A stretch of DNA of 64,000 nucleotides from Lachnospiraceae bacterium (GTDB lineage Bacteria; Bacillota; Clostridia; Lachnospirales; Lachnospiraceae). The stretch covers positions 7,290-71,289 of the forward strand of contig CAADTP010000046.1 of assembly GCA_900751995.1 (NCBI GenBank), written 5' to 3'. How positions within the stretch are numbered: the first letter of the stretch is position 1; every line of letters starts with the position of its first letter. Made by a program: the position numbers and the translations under genes. Shown here in pieces: positions 19,614-29,128 of this stretch. The notes under the pieces are model-generated. The model saw nothing but the letters and a program-made list of their open reading frames with translations, made no database searches and had not been told where the DNA came from.

Positions 19614-20656
19614 TGGAAGAGAGGAAAAAAACAGCAAGAGAGATCATAGAAGGATATCAGGGACTGCCGGTGCGGATCATGGAGGTCTGCGGAACACACA
19701 CCCACGAGATCTTCCGTCTGGGGATCCGCAGGCTTCTGCCGCCGCAGGTGGAGCTGATCTCAGGACCGGGATGTCCGGTCTGTGTAACACCGGTAGGATT
19801 TATTGACGAGGCCGTTTATCTTGCTCTGGAAAAACAGGTGACGATCTGCACATTCGGTGATCTTGTCCGCGTACCGGGAACAAAGAAAAGCCTTGCAGAT
19901 GCCAGGGCAGAAGGCGCCAGGATACGGATCGTCTATTCACCGGCAGATGCAGAAAAATATGCGAAAGAGCATCCAAAAGAGCAGGTGGTATTTCTTTCCG
20001 TTGGCTTTGAGACCACCACGCCTGCCGGCTGTCTTTCCGTGAAAAAGGCCGGAGAGGACGGACTTTCCAATTATTCGCTCCTTGTGGCAAACAAGACCAT
20101 GCCCCAGGCTTATCAGGCATTAAAAGGCAGTGCGGATGTGTTCCTTTATCCCGGACATGTCAATGCGATCACAGGAACTGCGCTCTGCGAGCATCTGGCA
20201 GAGGAAGGCATCAGTGGTGTGGTGGCAGGCTTTACAGCGAAGGAGCTGCTTACGGCACTGGCTGTTGCACTGGTACGTTTTCAGGAAGGAAAACCGTTCT
20301 TTGTGAATTGCTATCCCCGTGTGGTAAAAAGTGAGGGAAGCCTGGAGGCACAGAAGCTGATCGATGAACTGATGGAGCCCTGCGATTCTGAATGGCGCGG
20401 TCTGGGTGTGATCCCGGGGTCCGGGCTGGTGCTCCGGAAGGAGTGGGAAGCCTTTGATTCCAGAAAAAAATATGCAGTGCCGCCGATCCAGGGCAGGCCA
20501 AATCCGGCCTGTCGCTGTGGGGATGTGCTTCAGGGAAAATGCAGACCATCAGATTGTAAGGTATTCGGAAAGGTCTGTACCCCGCAGCATCCGGTAGGTG
20601 CCTGTATGGTATCCAATGAAGGAGCATGTTCCGCATATTTTATGTACGGAAACTGA
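19613..20656 (+). CDS. hypD: Hydrogenase maturation protein HypD (Fe(CN)2CO scaffold)
   Basis: MEVCGTHTH, GPGCPVC, GFETT, PGHV, and C-terminal Fe-S Cys cluster CRC...C..C...CTP...GACMVSNEGAC; TGATG overlap with hypC. Confidence 0.96.
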   Translation: MEERKKTAREIIEGYQGLPVRIMEVCGTHTHEIFRLGIRRLLPPQVELISGPGCPVCVTPVGFIDEAVYLALEKQVTICTFGDLVRVPGTKKSLADARAEGARIRIVYSPADAEKYAKEHPKEQVVFLSVGFETTTPAGCLSVKKAGEDGLSNYSLLVANKTMPQAYQALKGSADVFLYPGHVNAITGTALCEHLAEEGISGVVAGFTAKELLTALAVALVRFQEGKPFFVNCYPRVVKSEGSLEAQKLIDELMEPCDSEWRGLGVIPGSGLVLRKEWEAFDSRKKYAVPPIQGRPNPACRCGDVLQGKCRPSDCKVFGKVCTPQHPVGACMVSNEGACSAYFMYGN

Positions 20657-20786
20657 TGTCTGCTTTAATGGACTGCGAAATATGATACATTACATATAGT
20701 ACAGACGAAGGATCGTATCCGGAAGATCTGACAGGATGAAACCGATATGAAATTCCTTTGACCCAGCATAGAAAGAAGATAATATT

Positions 20787-21794
20787 ATGGAAAATAAAAC
20801 AGTGACCATGGCACACGGTGCCGGAGGCCGTCAGACCTCAGAACTGATCGATGAAGTATTCAAAGCGCATTTTGCAAACCCGGATCTCACAGCCGATGAT
20901 GCGGCCGTGCTGGTTCCGCCTGCAGGAAAAATGGCAGTATCCACCGATGGATTTATTGTTTCTCCGGCATTTTTTCCGGGGGGAAATATCGGCAAGCTTT
21001 CCATCTGCGGAACCGTTAATGACCTTGCCTGTATGGGAGCAAAACCGATGTATCTTACCTGCGCTTTTGTCATTGAGGAGGGTTTTCCCATGGAGAAGCT
21101 GGAGGAGATCGCCGCAGCCATGGAAAAAACAGCAAAAGAAGCCGGAGTGCGTATTGTTTCCGGAGATACTAAGGTGGCAGGAAAAGGTCAGGTTGACGGT
21201 GTGTTTATTACAACAACCGGAATGGGTGAGATCCAGGAGGGCGTTCAGGTAGGCGGTGAGCTGGCAAAACCGGGAGATGCCATTATTGTAACCGGTGATG
21301 TGGGAAGACATGGATGCACCATTCTTCTGGCAAGAGAGGATTTCGGCATTGACGCAGATGTGACAAGTGACTGCGCACCGCTGTGGGGAGCTGTAAAAGA
21401 TGTACTGGATGCCACCCATAACATTCATGTGATCCGTGATGCCACAAGAGGTGGTGTCGGAACGGTTCTTTACGAGATCGCAGGACAGAGTAACGTAGGA
21501 ATCCGCCTGGATGCAGCAGCTGTTCCGGTAGCTCCGGAGGTAAAGGGTGTCTGCGGCATGCTTGGCCTGGAGCCTCTTTATCTGGCATGTGAGGGACGAA
21601 TGGTGATCATGGCACCAAAGGAAGAGGCAGGAAGGATCGTGGAAGCACTGCGTAAATGTCCTTATTCCAGGGACGCAGCCATTATCGGTGAAGTTACGGA
21701 AGAACAGCCGGGAAAGGTTGTCATGACTACGGAGATCGGAACGCAGGCACTTCTTCCGCAGCCGGGAGGAGAGCTTCTGCCGAGGATCTGCTGA
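20787..21794 (+). CDS. hypE: Carbamoyl dehydratase HypE
   Basis: MAHGAGG, DDAA, STDGF, GTVNDL, GDTKV, RDATRGG and the C-terminal LPRIC nucleophile. Confidence 0.97.
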   Translation: MENKTVTMAHGAGGRQTSELIDEVFKAHFANPDLTADDAAVLVPPAGKMAVSTDGFIVSPAFFPGGNIGKLSICGTVNDLACMGAKPMYLTCAFVIEEGFPMEKLEEIAAAMEKTAKEAGVRIVSGDTKVAGKGQVDGVFITTTGMGEIQEGVQVGGELAKPGDAIIVTGDVGRHGCTILLAREDFGIDADVTSDCAPLWGAVKDVLDATHNIHVIRDATRGGVGTVLYEIAGQSNVGIRLDAAAVPVAPEVKGVCGMLGLEPLYLACEGRMVIMAPKEEAGRIVEALRKCPYSRDAAIIGEVTEEQPGKVVMTTEIGTQALLPQPGGELLPRIC

Positions 21795-21821
21795 TAATAT
21801 CGGAAAGGAGAGTCAGATCTT

Positions 21822-22091
21822 ATGGAGACAAGAGTGGCATTGATCTCGATCATTGTGGAAAACAATGACGTGATCGATGATATCAACCGTTTTCTTCATG
21901 AAGCGGGAAAATATATTATCGGGAGAATGGGGATCCCTTACCGGGAAAAAGGCATCAATATCATCAGTATTGCCATTGATGCACCACAGGATGTGATCAG
22001 CTCCTTATCCGGAAAGATCGGACGCCTCAGTGGAGTTTCCGCCAAAACGGCATATTCCAATGTGATTACAAAAGCGGAGGACAGAAAATGA
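21822..22091 (+). CDS. TM1266-family small ACT/NikR-C-like protein ('iron-only hydrogenase system regulator')
   Basis: [14 protein letters not shown]...IN..LHE....IIGRMGIPY....IISIAIDAP...[17 protein letters not shown] matches the family pattern as I recall it. Confidence 0.85.
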   Translation: METRVALISIIVENNDVIDDINRFLHEAGKYIIGRMGIPYREKGINIISIAIDAPQDVISSLSGKIGRLSGVSAKTAYSNVITKAEDRK

Positions 22092-22855
22092 TAAAAGTTG
22101 CGGTATACGGAAAGGGCGGCATCGGAAAATCTACTACGGTTTCCAATGTGGCAGCTGCCCTTGCGGAAAAGGGAATGAAAGTGATGCAGATCGGCTGTGA
22201 TCCCAAGGCAGATTCCACGATCCTTCTCAGGCATGGAAAAAAGGTTCCCACTGTGCTGGAGCTGTATAACGAAAAACGCCAGGAGCTGAAGCTTACGGAT
22301 ATGGTGCAGATCGGATATGGGGGTGTAGTCTGTGTGGAAGCCGGCGGTCCTGCACCGGGGCTTGGATGTGCGGGAAGAGGTATCATTACTGCTCTCGAGA
22401 AGCTTAAGGAAAACGGAGCCTATGAGACCTATAAACCGGACATTGTTTTTTATGACGTACTGGGAGATGTTGTCTGCGGTGGATTTTCCATGCCCATGCG
22501 AAAGGGGTATGCAGATAAGGTATTTATCATCACCTCCGGAGAAAACATGGCCATCCATGCAGGGGCAAATATTGCCATGGCAGTGGATAATTTCAGAAAC
22601 AGAGGATATGCATCTCTTGGCGGCGTGATCCTGAACCGGCGGAACGTGCCGGGAGAGGAAGAAAAAGTCCGGGAGCTGGCAGAGGATTTTCATACGCGGG
22701 TAGTGGGAACGCTTTCCAGAAGTGAACTGGTCCTGGAAGCAGAGAATCGAGGAAAAACTCTTCTGGAAGCTTATCCGGATTGTGAGATGGCAGAGGAGTA
22801 CCGGACACTGGCCGAGCAGATCCTGAGTGCATGCAGGGAGGAAGGCTCATGTTAA
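22088..22855 (+). CDS. NifH/CfbC/BchL-like Fe-protein ATPase, copy 2
   Basis: [49 protein letters not shown] coupling to the TM1266-like gene. Confidence 0.93.
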   Translation: MIKVAVYGKGGIGKSTTVSNVAAALAEKGMKVMQIGCDPKADSTILLRHGKKVPTVLELYNEKRQELKLTDMVQIGYGGVVCVEAGGPAPGLGCAGRGIITALEKLKENGAYETYKPDIVFYDVLGDVVCGGFSMPMRKGYADKVFIITSGENMAIHAGANIAMAVDNFRNRGYASLGGVILNRRNVPGEEEKVRELAEDFHTRVVGTLSRSELVLEAENRGKTLLEAYPDCEMAEEYRTLAEQILSACREEGSC

Positions 22856-24192
22856 AAAGAGTTGGTAACAGAGAGCTTTCGGGAAAAACAGAAATATTTA
22901 TAAAGGAAGCCTCTTTTCCGGTTCCCTTTCAGCCGGGGCTGGAATTTAATTCACCGGTCCATGGAAACTGGAATATCGTACATACGGGAATGCTGGTTCC
23001 GGAAGCAAGGCAGATCTACGTCTGTGCGGATAACTGCATGCGTGGCGTTGTGCTGACTGCCGCAGAGATGAATGCGGCAGACCGTTTTTCCTTTGTGATC
23101 GTGGAGGAAAAGGATCTTCTGGGCGGAAATCTGGAGGATGTGACCATTGAAGGCGTGACGGACATTCTGAACCGGCTGGATGAGAAGCCAAAGGCAGTAT
23201 TGCTTTTTACCGTGTGTCTTCATCATTTTCTGGGAAGTGATCTGGACCGCATCTACGGCGAACTGGAAGAAAGATTTCCGGAGATCTTTTTTATGCGATG
23301 CTTTATGGATCCTGTCATGCAGAAAACAGGTCCGACTCCGGATCAGAAGCTGCGCCGTGCCATGTATGATGCAGTACCGGAGAGGAAAGCAGATCCGGAA
23401 TGTGTCACAGTCCTGGGCAGTGATTTTGTGCTGGATGAGAGTGCAGATATCTGCCGGATCCTGAAAAAGAACGGAATCCGTCTCCGGGAAGCACCGGCCT
23501 GTAAGAACTGGGAGGATTATCAGAGCCTGGGAGAGGGAAGCCTGATCCTTAACTGCTATCCGGCAGGAAAATTCGGAGTACAGCAGCAGGCGGAGAGACT
23601 TGGAAGGCCGTTTTTATATCTGCCCGGAAGCTTTGACTATGAGGAGATAGAGACGCAGGAAAAGTATTTGCTGGAGCTGCTGGATCAGCACAGCTGCGGT
23701 AAAAATGGCCTGGATATCAAAACGGAGATCCGAAAATGCGAGGAGGCTCTTTCCCATGCACACCAGATCATCGGTGACACTCCCATAGCTGTGGATTATC
23801 TTTTTCATCCAAGACCTCTGGGACTTGCAAAGCTTCTCCTTACCCATGGATTTCAGGTACAGTCCGTTTTTCTGGACAGTATCAGCCCGGAAGAAAAAGA
23901 AGTATTTTTCTGGCTGAAGGAGAATTATCCGGAACTCAGGCTGATTTCGACTGTTCGCCCGGAGATGAGAGTGCGGCCACGGCAGCATTTCGGAAAAATC
24001 CTTGCCGTCGGACAAAAAGCAGCCTGGTTTACCGGAAGCCGGAATTTTGTCAATATGGTACAGGGCGGCGGGCTCTGGGGCTTTGACGGGATTAGACGTA
24101 CTGCACAGCTGATGCTGGAGGCATTTAATGAGGAAAAAGCTCCGGAGGATCTGATCGTTCGAAAGGGATGGGGGTGCGAAAGCTGCATATGA
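22849..24192 (+). CDS. Nitrogenase component-1-like oxidoreductase, alpha-type subunit A2
   Basis: FNSPVHG (cf. FNSPGAE in A1), [38 protein letters not shown]. Start at ATG 22849 overlaps the upstream stop. Confidence 0.85.
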   Translation: MLKRVGNRELSGKTEIFIKEASFPVPFQPGLEFNSPVHGNWNIVHTGMLVPEARQIYVCADNCMRGVVLTAAEMNAADRFSFVIVEEKDLLGGNLEDVTIEGVTDILNRLDEKPKAVLLFTVCLHHFLGSDLDRIYGELEERFPEIFFMRCFMDPVMQKTGPTPDQKLRRAMYDAVPERKADPECVTVLGSDFVLDESADICRILKKNGIRLREAPACKNWEDYQSLGEGSLILNCYPAGKFGVQQQAERLGRPFLYLPGSFDYEEIETQEKYLLELLDQHSCGKNGLDIKTEIRKCEEALSHAHQIIGDTPIAVDYLFHPRPLGLAKLLLTHGFQVQSVFLDSISPEEKEVFFWLKENYPELRLISTVRPEMRVRPRQHFGKILAVGQKAAWFTGSRNFVNMVQGGGLWGFDGIRRTAQLMLEAFNEEKAPEDLIVRKGWGCESCI

Positions 24193-25505
24193 GACAGGCA
24201 TATCGGATCATACCAATCTACACGGCAGACGTGTCGGGTGTCTGCTCCGCGTTGTATGAGCTTGGAGGAATGACAGTGATGCATGATCCCTCCGGCTGTA
24301 ATTCTACCTATAATACCCATGATGAGATCCGGTGGTACGACCAGGACAGTCTGATCTTTATCTCAGGTCTTACGGATATCGATGCCATTATGGGAAATGA
24401 TGAGAAATTTCTTCAGGATATCGAAGAGGCGGAAAAGGAGCTGAAACCGAAATTTATTGCACTTGCAAGTTCACCGATCCCCTTTATGAACGGAACAGAT
24501 TTTCAGGGACTGGCCCGTGCACTTACAGCAAGGACCGAAATTCCGGTATTTTCGGTTCCGACCAGCGGCATGCACGACTATGTATACGGAGCAGGGCTGG
24601 CACTGGCGGAAATCGCAGGACATTTCACAGGAGCAGCAGAGAAAACCGGAAGGTGTTTAGAAGTACCGACGGGATCTGCGGAAAGATCTACAGAGAAGAG
24701 AAGCAGGAAATTAAATCTTCTTGGAGCAACACCCCTCGATCTTGGCCCGCAGTCTGCAGTAGATGCAATGAAAAAACGTCTGAAAAACTATGGCTGGGAG
24801 ATACTTTCCACCTGGGCTATGGGGGATACGCTGGAAGCTTTGTCCCGTGCCGGTGAAGCAGCGGTAAACCTTGTGGTATCCTCTGTGGGGATCCCGGCGG
24901 CCAATGTGCTGAAAGAAAAATTCGGTACGCCATTTCTCGTGGGGACTCCTGTGGAAGGCTATGAGGGACAGATTTCAGATGCACTTGAGCGGATCGCGGA
25001 TAGATCCTGTGGAGAGTGGGTAAATAAGAAGGATGACTCCGCAGAGGAAAGCGGAGGGCAGATCTTAGGAAAACAGGAGGAACTGTGGAAAGTAACTCCG
25101 GAGCAGGTAATCTATTTTCAGGGAAGGAACAGTCTGTCAGCAGTATCTGACCCTTCAGGAGAAAGCAGGGAAATGCCCGACAAAGATGAGATATTTTTTT
25201 CCGTACCGGACATTACCATCATCGGAGAACCGGTTACCATGGGCTCCCTGGCAGCAGTCATAGAGCAGAAATACGGAAAAAAGGTTCAGCTGCTCTGTCC
25301 GCTGGAGATCACAGAGGGACTTTTGCGCAAGGGAGATGAAACCATCTGTGGCGAGGAAGCCATGGAAGAAAAGCTGAAAACAGCCAGGATCATTGTGGCA
25401 GACCCACTCTATCGTCCGATCTGTCCGAAAACAGCCATTTTTTATGAGATGCCGCATATTGCGTTTTCCGGAAGGATATATCTCAGAAAATATTTTCCGG
25501 AATAA
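24189..25505 (+). CDS. Nitrogenase component-1-like oxidoreductase, beta-type subunit B2
   Basis: TADVSGVCSALYELGG (paralogous to B1), HDPSGCNST, LTDIDAIMG, SSPIPFMNGTD, ADP..., HIAFSGR; ATGA coupling. Confidence 0.8.
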   Translation: MRQAYRIIPIYTADVSGVCSALYELGGMTVMHDPSGCNSTYNTHDEIRWYDQDSLIFISGLTDIDAIMGNDEKFLQDIEEAEKELKPKFIALASSPIPFMNGTDFQGLARALTARTEIPVFSVPTSGMHDYVYGAGLALAEIAGHFTGAAEKTGRCLEVPTGSAERSTEKRSRKLNLLGATPLDLGPQSAVDAMKKRLKNYGWEILSTWAMGDTLEALSRAGEAAVNLVVSSVGIPAANVLKEKFGTPFLVGTPVEGYEGQISDALERIADRSCGEWVNKKDDSAEESGGQILGKQEELWKVTPEQVIYFQGRNSLSAVSDPSGESREMPDKDEIFFSVPDITIIGEPVTMGSLAAVIEQKYGKKVQLLCPLEITEGLLRKGDETICGEEAMEEKLKTARIIVADPLYRPICPKTAIFYEMPHIAFSGRIYLRKYFPE

Positions 25506-25539
25506 TTTCAGAAAAACAACATAAACTATAAGAAACCGT

Positions 25540-25571
25540 AAAGGCGTTGCAGAAATATGCAGCGCCTTTTT
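25540..25571 (+). terminator. Terminator closing the Nif-like/hyp operon
   Basis: AAAGGCGTTGCA-GAAATA-TGCAGCGCCTTTTT. Confidence 0.7.
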
Positions 25572-25614
25572 CCGGCAGTAATACCGGAAATGGAGTATAT
25601 ATGGAGGGATTTTT

Positions 25615-26046
25615 ATGTGGGGATTTTTGTCAGCACTGATCTCAGGTGTACTGATGAGTATTCAAGGGGTATTTAACACAAATGTAACAAAACAGACCAG
25701 TCTGTGGGTTTCAACCGGCTGGGTACAGTTTTCTGCATTTCTGGTCTGTGTGGCAGCATGGTTTTTTACAGGCAGAGAAAGTATCGGCATGCTGTGGCAG
25801 GTAGAGGCTAAATATAATTTACTCGGAGGAGTGATCGGTGCATTTATCACTATCACAGTGATCCGGAGTATGGGAAGTCTGGGGCCTGCGCGGGCGGTTA
25901 TGCTTATTGTCATTTCTCAGCTTGCGGTGGCTTATCTTATAGAATTGCTGGGGATTTTTGGTGTGGAAAGAGCAGATTTTCAGTGGAGAAAGCTGTTGGG
26001 AATGCTGATCTGTATTGCAGGTGTGGTTATTTTCAAATGGAAATAG
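25615..26046 (+). CDS. DMT-superfamily small transporter (YdcZ-like)
   Basis: 143 aa, five hydrophobic segments; SIQGVFN, LLGGVIGA, SQL..A.LIE..G.FG. Confidence 0.85.
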   Translation: MWGFLSALISGVLMSIQGVFNTNVTKQTSLWVSTGWVQFSAFLVCVAAWFFTGRESIGMLWQVEAKYNLLGGVIGAFITITVIRSMGSLGPARAVMLIVISQLAVAYLIELLGIFGVERADFQWRKLLGMLICIAGVVIFKWK

Positions 26047-26156
26047 AAATAAAAGTATTGTAATATTTGTAATACTTCGTTAAAATAAGGTATGGTTTTG
26101 CATGAGTAACGGGGCACCTGCCGCCACATCGGCGGAAAGGAGTGAACCGCCTACCT

Positions 26157-26984
26157 ATGAAAATAAGATCACATATCAGAAGTGTTCGGCTTGTTTTTTC
26201 CATATTTTTGTTACAGATCCTGGCAGGGCTGACAGGCTGTAAGGATGACGGAACAGAATTTATGGAGAAAGAACTGGTGCAGGAAGAAAGTACGGAAGCA
26301 TCCGGAATGGATGCAGAGCAGGAAGAACCGAAGGATACGGAAAGTGAAGTATCTGGGAAGGCATCCGCAGGGGCTGTGGCAGATATATCACAGAAGAAAC
26401 AGAATGAGTCTGCGGAGGAACCGGCTCCGGAGGTTGAAAAACAGCTGCCGGAGATCTCAGACACCCCTCAGACCATTTATGTAGATATATGTGGAGCAGT
26501 GACCAGTCCGGGAGTCTATGAGCTTCCATATGGCAGCCGTGTTTTTCAGGCTATCGAGCAGGCCGGAGGATATCTTCCGGAAGCTGCGGCAAGCTATCTC
26601 AACCGTGCTAAGGGACTTTCCGATGGACAGCAGGTTTATGTGCCTACCCAGGCGGAGGTGGACAGCCAGCGGATCGCAGCTACCCAAGATGGATCGGAAG
26701 TCACAGCAGAAAACAGTACCGAAACGGCGAGCGGACAGAAATCCGCCGGAGAGGATTCCGGTGAAGCTGAGACTGCATCTTCCACAGAGCAGAAGATCGA
26801 TCTGAACACCGCTGATGTATCCCAGCTTACTACTCTCACAGGTGTAGGGGAGTCCAAGGCCCTGGCGATCATCGCTTACAGGGAAGAGAACGGTCCCTTT
26901 ACTTCAGCAGAGGATATCATGAATGTACCAGGCATCAAAGAAGGAACCTATGAGAAGATAAAGGATAAAATAGCAATAAAGTAA
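26157..26984 (+). CDS. comEA: Competence DNA receptor ComEA (SLBB and HhH domains), predicted lipoprotein
   Basis: IYVDICGAVTSPGVY (SLBB), IDLNTAD...LTGVGESKA..IIAYREENGPF...VPGI (HhH); LAGLTGC lipobox. Start codon uncertain (26142 or 26157). Confidence 0.9.
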   Translation: MKIRSHIRSVRLVFSIFLLQILAGLTGCKDDGTEFMEKELVQEESTEASGMDAEQEEPKDTESEVSGKASAGAVADISQKKQNESAEEPAPEVEKQLPEISDTPQTIYVDICGAVTSPGVYELPYGSRVFQAIEQAGGYLPEAAASYLNRAKGLSDGQQVYVPTQAEVDSQRIAATQDGSEVTAENSTETASGQKSAGEDSGEAETASSTEQKIDLNTADVSQLTTLTGVGESKALAIIAYREENGPFTSAEDIMNVPGIKEGTYEKIKDKIAIK

Positions 26985-26994
26985 GGAGCGCTAA

Positions 26995-27684
26995 ATGAGC
27001 AGGAAAGTATTGGTAGTAGATGATGAGAAACTGATTGTCAAGGGACTTCGCTTCAGTCTGGAGCAGGACGGAATGGAAGTGGACTGTGCCTATGACGGAG
27101 AGGAAGCACTGGAAAAAGCAAAAGCAGGAGAGTACGATATCATCCTTCTTGACCTGATGCTTCCCAAAATGGACGGTCTTGAGGTATGCCAGCAGATCCG
27201 TGAATTTTCCAATGTTCCAATCATCATGCTTACAGCAAAAGGAGAAGATATGGATAAGATCCTGGGTCTGGAATACGGAGCTGATGATTATGTCACCAAG
27301 CCTTTCAATATCCTGGAAGTCAAAGCCCGCATCAAGGCGATCATCCGCCGTGCAGGCAGCAAACAGGACAAGCAGGAGAAGGCCAAGACTGTGGAAGTCG
27401 GAGAACTGAAGCTGGACTGCGAAGGACGCCGCGTATTTATCTCCGGAAAAGAGATCAACCTCACAGCCAAGGAATTTGATGTGCTGGAACTGCTGGTATT
27501 CAATCCGAACAAGGTATACAGCAGAGAAAATCTTCTGAATATCGTATGGGGCTATGAATATCCGGGAGATGTCCGTACCGTAGATGTACATATCCGCCGC
27601 CTGAGAGAAAAGATCGAGGCCAATCCCAGTGAGCCGAAATATGTACACACCAAATGGGGTGTGGGCTACTATTTCCAGGCATAA
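26995..27684 (+). CDS. OmpR-family response regulator, WalR/YycF-like
   Basis: VLVVDDE, LLDLMLP, MLTAK, GADDYVTKPF; wHTH VWGYEYPGDVRTVDVHIRRLREKIE. Confidence 0.93.
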   Translation: MSRKVLVVDDEKLIVKGLRFSLEQDGMEVDCAYDGEEALEKAKAGEYDIILLDLMLPKMDGLEVCQQIREFSNVPIIMLTAKGEDMDKILGLEYGADDYVTKPFNILEVKARIKAIIRRAGSKQDKQEKAKTVEVGELKLDCEGRRVFISGKEINLTAKEFDVLELLVFNPNKVYSRENLLNIVWGYEYPGDVRTVDVHIRRLREKIEANPSEPKYVHTKWGVGYYFQA

Positions 27685-27687
27685 CCT

Positions 27688-29118
27688 GTGAAGTTCAAAA
27701 AGAACGGCAAATTTTTCAAAAGTCTCCGCTTTCGTATTCTGATCATCCTGATTATACTGGGAATCGTACCGAGTGTCATCGTAACGGAAATGGTCATTGC
27801 CAACTATGAAGATCGTGCCATTGCCAACCGTGTGCAGAGCATGGAGAACATCTGTGACATCATGTGCGACCTGCTGATCAAGGAGAATTATCTGAATGAC
27901 ACCAGCTCTCAGACGGTGAACAGCAAGCTGGAATTACTGTCCAACAGCTATGGTGGCAGGATTCTCATTGTAGACAGGGATTTCAGGATCATCAAGGATA
28001 CCTATGGCGTGGATGAGGGCAGGACTCTGGTTTCCCAGAAAGTATTGAACTGTTTTAAAGGAGAAGATGCCTACCAATATGATTCTGACAGCCAGAAGCT
28101 GATCCTGGCAGTTCCGGTAAAAAGTCCGGATGTAAAACAGGTGCAGGGTGCCATGATGATCATGGCATCTTCCAGTGAGGTGACAGCAACCATCCATGAA
28201 CTGGAGCAGAAAGGGATTCTGATCATCGGTATCATTGTAGTGCTGGCCATTTTTCTGGGTTATATTCTTTCCACGATCCTGGTGAAGCCATTTGCCAGGG
28301 TAACGAAAGCAATCGAGGACCTTACAGACGGATATCAGAATGAGGAGATCTCGGTACCGGATTATACAGAGACAGCTTTGATCACAGATGCATTTAACAA
28401 GATGCTTTCCAGAATGAAGACGTTGGATGAATCCAGACAGGAGTTTGTATCCAATGTGTCTCATGAGCTGAAGACACCTATGACTTCAATGAAGGTTCTG
28501 GCGGATTCGCTGGTAGGACAGCAGGGGGTTCCGGAGGAACTGTATCAGGAATTTCTTTCTGATATCACAGAAGAGATTGACAGAGAGAACAAGATCATCA
28601 CCGATCTGCTCTCCCTGGTAAAAATGGACAAAAAAGCAGCCGATATGAATATCAGCAATATGAATATCAATGAGCTGCTGGAGAATATCCTGAAGCGTCT
28701 CCGTCCTATTGCAGATCAGAGAAGGATTGACCTGATCCTGGATTCGTTCCGACCGGTAACCGCAGATGTGGATGAGGTGAAATTTACCCTTGCCATCAGT
28801 AACCTGGTCGAAAATGGCATCAAATACAATGTAGATGAGGGATGGGTCCGCGTAACACTGGATGCGGATCATAAGGATTTCTATGTGACGGTTGCAGATT
28901 CCGGCCTGGGAATACCGGAAGATTCCATTGAACGGATCTTTGAGCGTTTTTATCGTGTGGATAAATCCCATTCCAGAGAGATCGGCGGAACCGGTCTTGG
29001 ACTTGCTATTACAAGAAGTTCTATAGCCATGCATCATGGGATCATCAAGGTATCCAGCAAAGAGGGCGAGGGAACCACATTTACCGTGAAGATCCCGCTG
29101 TCCTATATCCCGTCCTAG
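27688..29118 (+). CDS. Membrane sensor histidine kinase (HAMP-HisKA-HATPase)
   Basis: Two TM helices; FVSNVSHELKTP, NLVENGIKY, DSGLGIP, FERFYRVD, GGTGLGLAI. Confidence 0.95.
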   Translation: MKFKKNGKFFKSLRFRILIILIILGIVPSVIVTEMVIANYEDRAIANRVQSMENICDIMCDLLIKENYLNDTSSQTVNSKLELLSNSYGGRILIVDRDFRIIKDTYGVDEGRTLVSQKVLNCFKGEDAYQYDSDSQKLILAVPVKSPDVKQVQGAMMIMASSSEVTATIHELEQKGILIIGIIVVLAIFLGYILSTILVKPFARVTKAIEDLTDGYQNEEISVPDYTETALITDAFNKMLSRMKTLDESRQEFVSNVSHELKTPMTSMKVLADSLVGQQGVPEELYQEFLSDITEEIDRENKIITDLLSLVKMDKKAADMNISNMNINELLENILKRLRPIADQRRIDLILDSFRPVTADVDEVKFTLAISNLVENGIKYNVDEGWVRVTLDADHKDFYVTVADSGLGIPEDSIERIFERFYRVDKSHSREIGGTGLGLAITRSSIAMHHGIIKVSSKEGEGTTFTVKIPLSYIPS

Positions 29119-29128
29119 GAGGTACAGC

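Noticed and set aside
13754..25505. Bona fide nitrogen fixation (nifHDK) cluster
   Set aside because: Component-1 subunits are short and lack recognisable P-cluster/FeMo-co ligand sets; no nifB, nifE or nifN in the window.
13754..25505. Chlorophyll (DPOR/COR) or F430 (CfbCD) biosynthesis
   Set aside because: No bch/chl or cfbA/B/E genes nearby, and CfbD is a single-subunit type while these are alpha/beta pairs. A tetrapyrrole substrate is not excluded, but the cbiK 9 kb away is exported and separately regulated.
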